A DNA stretch of 64,000 nucleotides from an uncultured Verrucomicrobiae bacterium (GTDB taxonomy: Bacteria > Verrucomicrobiota > Verrucomicrobiia > Chthoniobacterales > Chthoniobacteraceae). This document shows positions 13,601 through 25,004 of this stretch, in pieces (positions within the stretch are counted from its first letter, which is position 1; every line of letters starts with the position of its first letter). Under the pieces are notes generated by a model. It saw nothing but the letters and a program-made list of their open reading frames with translations. It made no database searches and was not told where the DNA came from. The stretch lies in assembly GCA_963769025.1 (NCBI GenBank), contig CAVYKI010000004.1, forward strand, positions 32,001 through 96,000. The letters are read 5' to 3'. The translations under genes and the position numbers were made by a program.

Positions 13601-16600
13601 TTCATGGCGCTGTGGGGCACGGGCTACGACGCAGGGGCGCGCATTCATCGAGATCGAGCATCGCGGGAAAATGCTCCAGGCGTTCTGGACGGAACTCGGG
13701 CTGGCGCAGCAGCAGGTGAAACAGAAGGTGACCGAGGCGATGCGCGGCGGCTTCACGCTGCACGTGACGATGGTGCGCGAGAACCGCGCCTATCTCACCT
13801 CGCGCCGCGTGGACGTGCCGTGGAGCAACAAGAAGCTCACGGTGAAATGGGAGCACTTTGTCTCCAAGCTGGAGCCTGCGGCGAAGGAGACGTGGACCGC
13901 GGTGATCACCGGTCCGGATGCGAAGAAGGCCGTCGCCGAGATGGTGGCGGCGCTCTACGACCAGTCGCTCGATGCGTATCTCCCGCACCACTGGCAGCAG
14001 GCGTTCGGCGTGTTCCGGCAGGATCACTCACGCGCTGCAAAAGCAGTTCGAGAATTCGCTGAAGCAACTCCAGCACCTGCAGGGACGGTGGCCGATGGCG
14101 CAGCAGTCCGTGCCGGTGACGCTACCGCAGGTATCCGGAGGCGATTTCCGCGAACATCTGGAACGCGTATTTCGGGCATGCGCAACCGGGGGTTCGCGCC
14201 ATGGCCGGCGCGCCGATGCCGGCCACGGCCGCGCCGATGGCAGCGGCCGCCGCGCCAATGGAACGCAGATGATGCGCAAAGGGCGAAGGCAGTGAATGCG
14301 ATGCGCAAGGCCGCACACCGCCGGCAGCGACAAGCCGGACGCAAGCGACGAAGGCGGCGCCACCGCCCGCCGCCTCCCGGCCCCGATTTGAGCAAGGTCT
14401 CGGCGCGGAAGAATCTGAACGAAACGGCGTTCTTTTTCCCGCAACTCCTCGCGCGCGATGACGGCTCGGTGGCGATGGAGTTCACGATGCCGGAGGCGCT
14501 CACGACTTGGAAATTCATGGGCTTCGCGCACGACCGCGATCTGCGCTCGGGCTTCATCGAGGACAAGGTGATCACCTCGAAGGACATCATGGTGCAGCCG
14601 AATCCGCCGCGCTTTCTGCGCGAGGGCGACGTGCTGGAATTCACGGTGAAGGTGTCGAACCAGTCCGCCGACGCAAGCAGGCCGGCACGGTGCGGCTCAC
14701 GCTCGCCGATGCGCGCACGGGCAAGCCCGTGGACGCAGCAGTTCGGCAACACGACCGACCGATCAGACGCTTCGATCTGCCGGCGAGGAAGTCGCGCAGC
14801 TTCTCGTGGAAGCTGAAGGTGCCCGATGGCGCGGACCCGCTGAGCTACAAGGCCGTCGGCTCGACGGGCCGGCTCTCGGATGGCGAGGAAGGACTGCTGC
14901 CCGTGCTCTCGCGTCGCACGCTCGTGACGGAGTCGCTGCCGCTGCCCATCCGCGGAGCGCAGACGAAGAAGTTTGAGTTCACCAAGCTGATCGAGTCCGG
15001 CAAATCGGACACGCTGAAATCGCAGAGCCTCACGGTGCAGATGGTGTCGAACCCCTCGTGGTATGCGGTGATGGCGCTGCCGTACCTCATGGAGTTCCCG
15101 CACGAATGCACGCGAGCAGACATTCAACCGGCTCTACGCGAACTCGCTCGCGCGCCACATCGCGGCGTCCGATCCGAAAATCCGCCACATCTTCGACCAG
15201 TGGAAAGGCACGCCAGCGCTCGACAGTCCGCTGGAGAAAAACCAGGACCTCAAGTCGGTGATCCTCGAGGAGACGCCGTGGGTGCGGCAGGCGCAGGCGG
15301 AGAGCCAGGCGCGGCGGAATGTCGGCATTCTCTTCGACGACAACCGGCTCAACGACGAGACCGCGCGGCTGCTGCGCAAGCTCGGCGAACAGCAACTCGG
15401 CGACGGCATGTGGCCGTGGTTCCCCGGCGGTCGCGGGAACGAATACATCACGCTCTACATCACCACGGGCTTTGGACGCCTGCGGCATCTCGGCGTGAAA
15501 ATTGACACGACGCCCGCGGTCAAGGCGCTCGGCTCGCTGGATCAATGGATCGACCGAACACGTATCGCGAGATTCTGAAACACGGGCACAAAGACGGCAA
15601 TCATCTCAGCCCGACGATCGCGTTCTATCTCTATGGCCGCAGCTTCTTCCTCGGGGAAAAACCGATCGCGCCGCAGCACAAGGAGGCCGTGGATTATTTC
15701 CTCGGCCAGGCGCGCAAGTATTGGCTGAAGCTGGATCGCCAGTCGCAGGGGCACCTCGCGATTGCGCTGAAGCGCTTCGGCGACAAGCCGAGCGCCGAGG
15801 GCATCGTGCACTCGATCAAGGAATTCTCCGTGGAGAACGAGGAGATGGGGATGTTCTGGCGCGACACCGAGCAGTCTTGGTGGTGGTACCGCGCGCCCAT
15901 CGAGACGCAGGCGCTCATGATCGAGGCCTTCGACGAAGTGATGAACGACGCGAAGGCCGTCGAGGACTGCAAGGTGTGGCTGCTCAAGCAAAAGCAGACG
16001 CAGGATTGGAAGACGACGAAGGCGACCGCCGATGCGATCTACGCGCTGCTGCTTCGCGGCGACAACGTCCTCGCGTCCGACGAACTCGTGCAGCTCACGC
16101 TCGGCGGCGAAGACGATCAAGCCCGAGAAGGTCGAGGCCGGCACCGGCTTCTACGAGCAGAAATTCGTGCGCGGCGAGATCAAGCCCGAGCAGGGACACA
16201 TCACGCTGAAGAAAGTCGACAAGGGCGTCGCGTGGGGCAGCGTCCACTGGCAATACCTCGAGGACATGAGCAAGGTGACCGCCTACGAAGGCACGCCGCT
16301 GAAGCTCACGAAGACGCTTTTCACCCGCCAGCTCACGAAGAAAGGCCCGGTGCTCGAACCCGTGAAAGGCGCGGTGAAAGTCGGCGATGAACTGGTCGTG
16401 CGCATCGTCCTGCGCACGGATCGCGACATGGAATACATCCACCTCAAGGACTACCGCGGCAGCGGCACCGAGCCGGTGAATGTGCTCTCGCGCTACAAGT
16501 TCCAGGACGGTCTCGCCTACTACGAGACGACCCGCGACACCGCGAGCCACTTCTTCATCGATTACCTGCCGAAGGGAAACTACGTCTTCGAATACATCAC

Positions 16601-16709
16601 ACGCGTCGTCCACAAGGGCCGCTACCAGACGGGCTTCGCCGACATCCAGTGCATGTATGCCCCGGAATTCAACAGCCACTCGGAAAGCATCTGGGTCGTG
16701 GCGGAGTAG
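10674..16709 (+). CDS. Alpha-2-macroglobulin (MG2) family protein, about 2000 aa, broken by many apparent indels
   Basis: Signal peptide; FFTDRSLYRPGQTV, FNVEEYKRPKF, RKNLNETAFFFPQL, PPRFLREGD, thioester CTEQ after removing 1 nt near 15113, GMWPWFPGG, IQCMYAPEFNSHS. Confidence 0.9.
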
Positions 16710-16848
16710 TTCGAGCGCCTGAAGAACGCCAATCAACACGTTCGCTCCGGCTTACGATGGCCGGTGGGATTTCATTGCCGACAAGATGGGGCAACCTTTC
16801 GCCAATCGGCGGCAAGCCATGCCGCTTGGAGCGACGGAGTGTAAGCTT

Positions 16849-17259
16849 ATGAAAACGCGATTTGTTTTGATTCCGATGGTCGCGGCCCTCGTTGCGCTGA
16901 CCGGCACATGGTTCAGCCACGCACAGACCACGAACGAGGCCACGACGAGAGAAATCATGAAGCTCAAGTTGGACTACGCCCAGAGCCTCCTGACCGGGAT
17001 CGCCACGGAAAACTACGACCTCATTTCCCTCAACGCGGACAGCCTCAGCAGACTCAGTCAGGCAGCGGCGTGGCGTGTGCGTCAGACTCCGCAGTATGAA
17101 TTGTTCAGCGCGGAATTCCGCAGGCACGTGGAAGCCGTATCCAAGGCTGCCAAGGATCGAAATCTGGACGCCGCGTCGCTCGCATATGTCCAGATGACCC
17201 TGAGCTGTGTTCAGTGCCACAAATACATGCGCGGCGCGAAGACGGCGAGTCTGCGGTAG
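16849..17259 (+). CDS. Small exported c-type cytochrome (cytochrome c'-like helical bundle)
   Basis: Signal peptide, helical sequence, C-terminal SCVQCHKYMR (CxxCH). Confidence 0.75.
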   Translation: MKTRFVLIPMVAALVALTGTWFSHAQTTNEATTREIMKLKLDYAQSLLTGIATENYDLISLNADSLSRLSQAAAWRVRQTPQYELFSAEFRRHVEAVSKAAKDRNLDAASLAYVQMTLSCVQCHKYMRGAKTASLR

Positions 17260-17558
17260 GCTGACAAGCGGCTGCCGGGATTCTGTTTGAATCGCGACGC
17301 AGCGACGGGTGCGAAGGACGAGGCAGGCACTTCGCCTCCCTTTTTTCCCGTAGCGGATACGCCTGCCCTGTCTCGACACTGGCAGCGTTGCACACCGCGG
17401 CGCTCCGATGCCTCGCGGGGTGCGCCGCGATCATGCGGATCCGAAAAGTGCGATCGCAGATCAAAACGGACGGCAGCACTTGCGGTTCGCTTCTCGGGAT
17501 ATCGTGACTTGTTCTCGCCGGAGCGCGCATCTTCCATCGTGCCCCCTATCCTTTTTCC

Positions 17559-20378
17559 ATGAATCGACGCTTCCTCTCTCCGTTCGTTGCGATGTCGTGC
17601 TGGCTCTCCTGCGGTATCCCCGGCGCGGCTGACGGCGCGGATTTCCCCGCGATCTTCAACACCGAGAAGACGCCCGGCGGGCCGATGCCGGCGGAGGAGG
17701 CGGCGCGCACGATGGAACTGCCGCCGGGATTTTCGTGCAAGGTCTTCGCGGCGGAGCCGGATGTGCAGCAGCCGATCGCGATGGCTTGGGATGCGCGCGG
17801 GCGGCTGTGGGTCGCGGAGTGCTACACCTACGCCGAGAATCCCGCGCGCTGGAACACGGACCTGCGCGACCGCATCGTGATCTTCGAGGACACAGACAAT
17901 GACGGGCGTTTCGACAAGCGGACGGTTTTCTGGGACGAAGGCGTGCGGCTCACGAGCATCGAGCTCGGCAATGGCGGCGTGTATGCGCTGTGCGCGCCGA
18001 ACCTGATTTTCATCCCGGACAAAAATGGCGACGACAAGCCCGATGGTCCGCCGGAGGTGCTGCTCGACGGGTTCAATTTCAAGACGATCGGCCACAACAT
18101 CGTGAACGGCCTGCGCTGGGGGCCGGATGGGTGGCTCTACGGGCGCCACGGCATCACGGACACCTCGGCCATCGGCGCGCCCGGTACGCCGGGCAAGGAT
18201 CGGACGCGCATGAACTGCGGGATTTTCCGATACGATCCGGTGCGACGGAAATTCGAAGTCGTGCTCCATGGCGGCACGAATTCGTGGGGCATGGATTGGG
18301 ATGCAAATGGCGAGCTGTTCTGGATCAACACGGTCATCGGTCATCTTTTTCACGGCATTCCCGGGGCCTACAATGATCGGATGTTCGGCACGCACCTGAA
18401 TCCGCACGTCTATGAAACGATCAGGCAGACGGCCGACCACTACCACTTTGACCAGGGCAAGGAAAAGTGGGCCGACATCCGGAAAGGAATGAGCAGCACG
18501 ACGGACGACACTCGGCGGCGGACACGCGCACGTGGGTTGCGTCATCTACAACGGCGGCGTGTGGCCGAAGGAGTACGCGGGACGGCTCTTCACGTGCAGC
18601 CTGCACGGGAACCGCATCAACATGGACATCCTGGAGCGCGAAGGCTGCGGCTTTGTGGCGAGGCACGGCGCGGATTTCATGAAGTCGAAGGACACGTGGT
18701 TCCGCGGGATCGATCTCAGCACGGGGCCGGATGGGAGTGTGTTCGTGATCGACTGGAGCGACGCGGGCGAGTGCCATGACAACGACGGCGTGCATCGGAC
18801 GAGCGGGAGGATTTTCAAGGTCAGCTACGGGGCGGACCAGCCGGCGCGGACATTCGACCTCTCGAAGATGGACGACGCGGCTCTCGCGAAGGAAGCCGCC
18901 GCGCATCCGGGAAACAACTGGTGGCCTCGGATGATCGCCCGTGTCCGTGCGGACCGGGGCGCGCAGCCCGCGTTGCCGGCGGAACCGAAACTCGCGGATG
19001 CGAGCAGCAGCGACGGCCTCGTCCGTCTTCACACCGCGAGCGCGATGCAACGGCTCCCGCTCGAAGCGCGTTTTCCATTCGCCAGCGCGCTCGCCTCGCA
19101 CTCGGAGGACGCGAACGACCGGCAGCAGCCGCTCATGATTTGGTACGGCATCGAGCCCGCAGTGACGGCGTATCCGGACAAGGCGATTGGGCTCGTGATG
19201 GCGTCAAAGATTCCCACCGTGCGGCGGCTCGTGACCCGCCGGCTCACCGAGGAAATCGAGAAGACGCCCGGACCGGTGGACTCCCTGCTCGCCGCCGCGC
19301 TGGAGGACGGAAATGCGGACGCGCGGGAGGACATCGTGCGCGGGATGAGCGAGGCGTTGAAAGGCTTCCGGCAGGTCGCGAAGCCGGCGCACTGGGATGA
19401 GTTCGCGAAGGCGGCCGGCGCCGGGCAGGCCGACATGGTCCGCGATGTCTCACTCGTTTTCGGAAGCGGACGCGCGATGGACGAACTCGTCGCGCTCGTC
19501 CGAAAACCGATGGCGATCCGAATGCCCGGCAGAGCGCCTTCGCGTCGCTGCTGCGGAATCCGCAGCCGGAACATTTCCCGCTCGCACGGAGCATGATCAA
19601 CGACAAGGTCCTCGGCACCGCCGCGCGGCTCGGGCTCGCGAAGTTTGCCGATGACGACGTGCCGAAGACGCTGCTCGCCGCATGGCCCGAGCGAAGCCAG
19701 GAGTGGCGCGCCGCCAACGTCACGACCCTCGCGTCGCGCGCTGCGTGGGCGAAGGAACTGCTCGCCTACATCGCGAAACATCCGGCTGCGCGCGGCGACA
19801 TCACGCCATTCCACGCCCGGCAGATTCGCAACCTCGGCGATGAGGGAGTGAACGGGCAGCTCACGAAAGTCTGGGGCGAACTGCGCGACACGCCCGAGGC
19901 ACGGAAGGCGGAGATCGCAAAGTGGAAGTCGTTGCTCACCGCGGACTCGATTGCGAAAGCGGATGCCGGCAAAGGCCGGGCGCTTTTCGCCACCGCGTGC
20001 GCCTCGTGCCACAGGATGTATGGCGAGGGCGCGGCCATCGCCCCGGAACTCACCGGCAGCGACCGGCACAACCTCGATTACCTGCTGGAAAACATCGTCG
20101 ATCCGAACGCCGTGGTCCCCGCCGACTACCGCATGACTGTCGTGAAACTCAAGGATGGCCGCACGCTTAGCGGGGTGCTCCCCGAGCAGAACGATCGCGT
20201 CGTCACCGTGCAGACGCCTGCGGAGCGCGTGGCGGTCCCGCGGAGCGACATCGCGGAGATGGAGGCGCTGTCGCAGAGCTTCATGCCCGAGGGCCTCATG
20301 GCCGCGCTCGGCGAGGAGAACGCGAAGCACCTCATCGCCTACCTGATGGGCAACGGCCAGGTGCCGCTGCCGAAGTAG
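17559..20378 (+). CDS. PVC-type membrane-bound dehydrogenase-domain protein with HEAT-like region and C-terminal heme CxxCH domain; frameshifts near 18510 and 19505
   Basis: LPPGFSCKVFAAEPDVQQPIAMAWDARGRLWVAE, EDTDNDGRFDK, WGPDGWLYG; CASCH, IAPELTG, YLLENIVDPN, SFMPEGL. Confidence 0.88.
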
Positions 20379-20480
20379 CGGGGCGGGAAGCTCCGAAGGT
20401 GGCGCGCTGGGGAATGGGCGGACGAATTGGCGTCGAACGGCGCTTGCGGTCGGGGCCGTTCCCGCGACATTCCGGACCGT

Positions 20481-23400
20481 TTGACACCCCTCAGAACAAT
20501 CCTTTTCCGGCTGGGCATCCTGCTCGGCCTCGTGCGCGGCGCGGTCGCGCAGGAAACGCTCGCGGACTGGCTGAATGCGCCAGACGCGCGGCTGGCCGAC
20601 CCGGTGCACCGCGCGCAGGTGGTGGAAAAGGCGCGCGCATTTTCCGGGCAGCGCAAGGCGGCGGCGCACGCAAAGGCGGCGCAGCTCGGGCTGCCTCTGC
20701 GGCGGGTGCTGCCGAATGGCCGGGTGAGCGAGCTCATGGATTTCAAGGGGGAACGGCCGCTCTATTTCATCACGCACAATGTCAGCGCGGCGATCTCCTC
20801 GGGCGCGAACCTGCTGCAGGCCGCACCCTACTCGATGAATGGCGCGGGGCTGACCGTCGGCGTGTGGGACGGCGGCGGTGCGTGCTCCACGCATCAGGAA
20901 TTCGGGACGCGCGTCACGATCCTCGACGGCGGCGCGCTGGTGGATCATGCCACGCACGTCACGGGGACCATCGCGGCGGCGGGCACGGTCGCGTCGGCGA
21001 AGGGCATGGCGCCGGCGGCGCGCGTGGACTCGTATGAATGGACGAGCGACAAGAGCGAGATGACCGCGCGCGGGGCATCGTATCCCGGGGAAGCGGGGAA
21101 GATCTACCTCAGCAACCACAGCTACGGGTTCATCAGCGGCTGGAATTACACGGGGCTCAGCTCGCCACGCTGGAACTGGTACGGCTCGGGCACCACGGTC
21201 GCGAGCATCGAGCCCGATTTTGGAAAGTACGACACTAATGCGCGCGACACGGACTCGCTCGCCGCGGGCCTTCCCTATTACCTGATCTTCCGGAGCGCCG
21301 GGAATGACCGCCAGGATAACCCCGTCGCCGGCGAAGGGGTGTCGCTGACCACCGGCACCACGAGTGCCGTCGCCTACGATCCGGCGGCGCATCCGGCGGG
21401 CGATGGCGTTTATCGGAGCGGCTACGACACGATCGGCTACGACGCGGTGGCGAAAAACGTCGTCACGGTCGGCTCCGTCGGCGACGCGGTGAGTGGCGGC
21501 CTCCGGCAGGTGGCCAACGCGTACATGTCGTCGTATTCCTGTTGGGGGCCGACGGACGACGGGCGCATCAAGCCGGACCTCGTCGCCAACGGTGAGTCGC
21601 TTTACTCCGCATTTTCCGGGGCGAACAATGCGTACGGAACCTACAGCGGCACGAGCATGGCCACGCCGAGCGTGACGGGTTCGGCCGCGCTGCTGGTCAA
21701 TTGGTGGAACCAGCTTTTCCCCGGGCACGTGATGCGCGCGAGCACACTGAAAGCGCTGCTCATCCATACGGCGGATGATCGCGGCACCCCGGGGCCCGAC
21801 TACCAGTTTGGCTGGGGGCTCATGAACGTGAAGGGCGCGGCCGATCTCGCGCAGGCTTACAAGAACAGCCCCGGCACACGGCGGATCATCGAGGATCAGA
21901 TCACGACGACCGCCACCGCGCGCAGCTACAGCTTCACGTGGGACGGCAGCAGCCCGATCCGCGCGACCCTTTGCTGGACGGATCCCGCTGGAAGCGCGAC
22001 GACCACGAGCGACCTGCGCACGGCGCGGCTCGTCAACAATCTCGACCTGAAGATCAACGGCCCGACCGGTACGCTGCATCAGCCGTATGTGATGCCCTTC
22101 GTGGGAACGTGGACGACGGCGAATTTTTCCGCGGCTGCGACCACGGGGGTGAACAACACGGACAATGTCGAGCAGGTCCATGTTTCCGCACCGCCCACGG
22201 CGGGAGTGTACACGGCGGTCGTGACGTATTCGGGGGCGCTTACGAACAGCGCCCAGAATTTTTCGCTGATCCTCAGCGGTGGCGTGGCCAGCGCGACCGC
22301 CCCGGCGCCGACGGCCTCCGCGATTTCCCCAATCGTGGGAACCACAGGGACGATGGTCCTGACGCTGACCGGCGCCGGGTTCATGCCTGGTGCCAACGTG
22401 AAGCTCACGAAGAGCGGACAGGTGGACGTGCCGGCGACGGGGCAGGAAATCATCGGGAACAGTGCGAAGGTTCGCGTCAATGTGAACGGCATGGCCGCGG
22501 GACTGTGGAATGTGGTGGTCACAAATCCTGACGGGCTGGGTGTGACTCTCCCGAATGCCTTCACCATCGTCGGGCCGATCTGGCAGGAGGATTTCGAGAG
22601 CGGCGCAGCGGGATGGACGCACAGTGCCTCACCGACGTACACCATCGACAACTGGGCGCTGAGCACTGCGAAGAGCCACTCGGCGACGCAGTCGTATTTT
22701 GCCAGCGGGCCGGCGTCGAAAAATATCGAAGATCTGTATTCGCCAGTGTTCGCGATCCCGGCGGGATCCTCGAATCTTCGGCTCACTTTTTACCACGACT
22801 ATGATCTGCAAAGCACCCGCGATGGCGGCGTGATGGAGTTTTCCATCAACGGCGGCACGTGGTTTGATGTGATATCACCCAGTTCCGGCGCGGCGTTTTC
22901 CACCGGCGGCTACAATGCCACGCTCGCCAATACCAACCCCTCCTCTTCCCGCAACCCGCTGGCCGGACGCCCGGCGTGGACCGGAGTGAAGACGGGCTTC
23001 TCGCAGGTCGCCCTCGATCTCACCGACGCGGCCAAATACGCAGGGAAGAACCTGCAGGTGCGCTGGCGGCTTGCCACAAACGCCAGCACGGCCAGCAACG
23101 GCTGGTACATCGATGACATCGCCCTGGCGGGGGCCACATCTTCGAACCTCTCGCCGAGCATCGTCACTTCCGCCGCTGCGACTCCGTCGCCGGTGCCGGG
23201 CACGAGCACGGTTCTCACCGTGGAAGCCAGCGACGACGGCGGTGAGCCTGGTCTCACCTACACTTGGTCGGCCACGGGCGGCACATTCCAGCGCCCGGTG
23301 ACCTTTAGCGAAAACGGCACCAACGCCGCCAAGACAACCACCGCCACCTTTGCGATCGCCGGTGACTATACGTGCACGGTCACGGTCCGCGATGCGGCGG

Positions 23401-24932
23401 GGCTCACGGCTACCGACACCGTGGATGTCACCGTCGATCAGACAGCCACCAGCATCGCCGTCTCGCCGTCCAGTGCGACCGTTCCCTATGGTGGCACGCA
23501 GGCGTTCGGTGCCAGTGTGCTCGATCAGTTCACCGATCCGCTGGCTGTGCAGCCGGGCGTCACGTGGAGTACCAGCGGTGGAGGGAGCATCAGCGCGGGA
23601 GGGGTCTTCACGGCGGGAACAGTCGGCGGCCCCTACACCATCACCGCCACGAGCGGCAGCATCAGCGGCACCGCCAGCGCCACCGTTACCAAAGCCGGGG
23701 CGGCCGTGACGCTCGGGAATCTCGCGCAGGCCTACACGGGGACGGCGAGGACCGCGACGGCCACGACCACGCCCGGCGGTCTTGCGGTGAACATCACGTA
23801 TGACGGCTCCGCGACCGCGCCGGTGAATGCCGGCAGCTACGCAGTGGTCGCGACGGTGAACGATGCGAACTACAGCGGCAGCGCGAGCGGGACGCTGGTC
23901 GTTTCGAAAGCGGCTGCCAGCGTGACGCTCGGCAGTCTCGCGCAGACCTACACGGGGACGGTGAGGGCGGCGACTGCGACGACCACGCCGAGCGGCCTTG
24001 CGGTGAACATCACCTACGACGGCTCCGCGACGGCACCGGTGAATGCCGGCAGCTACGCGGTGGTCGCGACGGTGAACGATGCGAACTACAGCGGCAGCGC
24101 GAGCGGGACGCTCGTAGTCTCGGAAGCCATCGCGACTGTGACGCTCAACGATCTGGCGCAGACCTACACGGGAACAGCGAGAACGGCGACGGCGACGACC
24201 ACACCGGGCGGTCTTGCGGTGAACATCACCTACGACGGCTCCGCGACAGCGCCGGTGAATGCGGGGAGCTACGCCGTGGTCGCGACGGTGAACGATGCGA
24301 ACTACAATGGCAGTGCGAGCGGGACACTGGTGGTGTCGAAAGCCACGGCGACGGTGACGCTCGGCAGCCTCACCCAGACGTATTCCGGCACAGCGAGGGC
24401 GGCGACGGCGACGACGTCGCCCGGTGGGCTGGGCGTGAGCTTCACTTACAACGGATCAGCGACGGTACCGGTGAACCACGGGAGCTATGCAGTTGCTGCG
24501 ACCGTGAACGACGCGAACTACACCGGCTTTGCCAGCGGGACTCTGAACATCACCGGCCAGCCGCTGGCGGACTGGAGCGCCCTGCACTTTACTCCTGGGG
24601 AAATCGCGGCGGGCCTCGCCGACGACATCGCCGATCCCGATGACGACCGGCTCAGCAATCTCGCGGAGTACACGCTCGGGACCGATCCGCGCGTGCCCAA
24701 CCCGCATCCCGGCTTCACGCTGGATGGCGACGGCCTCACGCTGACATTCACGCGGCCGAAAGCGTTGCCCGACGTCGGCTATTTCGCCGAGTGCGCCTCC
24801 GACTTTGGAACGTGGGATCCGCTCTCGCTCGAACTCCTCGCCGATGGTCCCGTGCAAACCCTCCGCGCGCGCGACCCGCTGACCTCCGGCGATCCCGCGA
24901 GCCGCTACATCCGGCTACGCTTCGAGCGATAG
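20481..24932 (+). CDS. Large secreted subtilisin-like (S8) peptidase with Ig/IPT-like, jelly-roll and four MBG-type domains
   Basis: VWDGG, DHATHVTGT, SAGN, KPDLVANG, SGTSMATP catalytic motifs; likely TTG start at 20481 before a signal peptide; ORF open from 20427. Confidence 0.92.
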   Translation: MTPLRTILFRLGILLGLVRGAVAQETLADWLNAPDARLADPVHRAQVVEKARAFSGQRKAAAHAKAAQLGLPLRRVLPNGRVSELMDFKGERPLYFITHNVSAAISSGANLLQAAPYSMNGAGLTVGVWDGGGACSTHQEFGTRVTILDGGALVDHATHVTGTIAAAGTVASAKGMAPAARVDSYEWTSDKSEMTARGASYPGEAGKIYLSNHSYGFISGWNYTGLSSPRWNWYGSGTTVASIEPDFGKYDTNARDTDSLAAGLPYYLIFRSAGNDRQDNPVAGEGVSLTTGTTSAVAYDPAAHPAGDGVYRSGYDTIGYDAVAKNVVTVGSVGDAVSGGLRQVANAYMSSYSCWGPTDDGRIKPDLVANGESLYSAFSGANNAYGTYSGTSMATPSVTGSAALLVNWWNQLFPGHVMRASTLKALLIHTADDRGTPGPDYQFGWGLMNVKGAADLAQAYKNSPGTRRIIEDQITTTATARSYSFTWDGSSPIRATLCWTDPAGSATTTSDLRTARLVNNLDLKINGPTGTLHQPYVMPFVGTWTTANFSAAATTGVNNTDNVEQVHVSAPPTAGVYTAVVTYSGALTNSAQNFSLILSGGVASATAPAPTASAISPIVGTTGTMVLTLTGAGFMPGANVKLTKSGQVDVPATGQEIIGNSAKVRVNVNGMAAGLWNVVVTNPDGLGVTLPNAFTIVGPIWQEDFESGAAGWTHSASPTYTIDNWALSTAKSHSATQSYFASGPASKNIEDLYSPVFAIPAGSSNLRLTFYHDYDLQSTRDGGVMEFSINGGTWFDVISPSSGAAFSTGGYNATLANTNPSSSRNPLAGRPAWTGVKTGFSQVALDLTDAAKYAGKNLQVRWRLATNASTASNGWYIDDIALAGATSSNLSPSIVTSAAATPSPVPGTSTVLTVEASDDGGEPGLTYTWSATGGTFQRPVTFSENGTNAAKTTTATFAIAGDYTCTVTVRDAAGLTATDTVDVTVDQTATSIAVSPSSATVPYGGTQAFGASVLDQFTDPLAVQPGVTWSTSGGGSISAGGVFTAGTVGGPYTITATSGSISGTASATVTKAGAAVTLGNLAQAYTGTARTATATTTPGGLAVNITYDGSATAPVNAGSYAVVATVNDANYSGSASGTLVVSKAAASVTLGSLAQTYTGTVRAATATTTPSGLAVNITYDGSATAPVNAGSYAVVATVNDANYSGSASGTLVVSEAIATVTLNDLAQTYTGTARTATATTTPGGLAVNITYDGSATAPVNAGSYAVVATVNDANYNGSASGTLVVSKATATVTLGSLTQTYSGTARAATATTSPGGLGVSFTYNGSATVPVNHGSYAVAATVNDANYTGFASGTLNITGQPLADWSALHFTPGEIAAGLADDIADPDDDRLSNLAEYTLGTDPRVPNPHPGFTLDGDGLTLTFTRPKALPDVGYFAECASDFGTWDPLSLELLADGPVQTLRARDPLTSGDPASRYIRLRFER
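23691..24554 (+). repeat. Four tandem 216-bp (72 aa) intragenic repeats encoding MBG-like domains
   Basis: Units start at about 23691, 23907, 24123 and 24339; consensus KAxAxVTLGxLAQTYTGTARxATATTTPGGLAVNITYDGSATAPVNAGSYAVVATVNDANYSGSASGTLVVS. Confidence 0.92.
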
Positions 24933-25004
24933 CACCGCACCGCGACGGAAACGGCTCTTGACCCTTTCCGTTTTCTCCGGCGAATGGCGGCTCGCATTTC
25001 CCCC

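Noticed and set aside
17320..17346. Intrinsic terminator after the cytochrome gene (GAGGC...GCCTC then T6)
   Set aside because: Only a 5-bp stem with a 9-nt loop, offset from the T run; too weak to call
19029..22622. 1197-aa minus-strand ORF and other long antisense or off-frame ORFs (e.g. 3686-5230, 40867-42579, 57444-59474, 62212-63678)
   Set aside because: They overlap well-supported genes, are Arg/Ala/Pro-rich and motif-free; typical shadow ORFs of high-GC DNA
23691..24554. CRISPR-like array
   Set aside because: Repeats are 216-bp in-frame coding units without unique spacers; no cas genes
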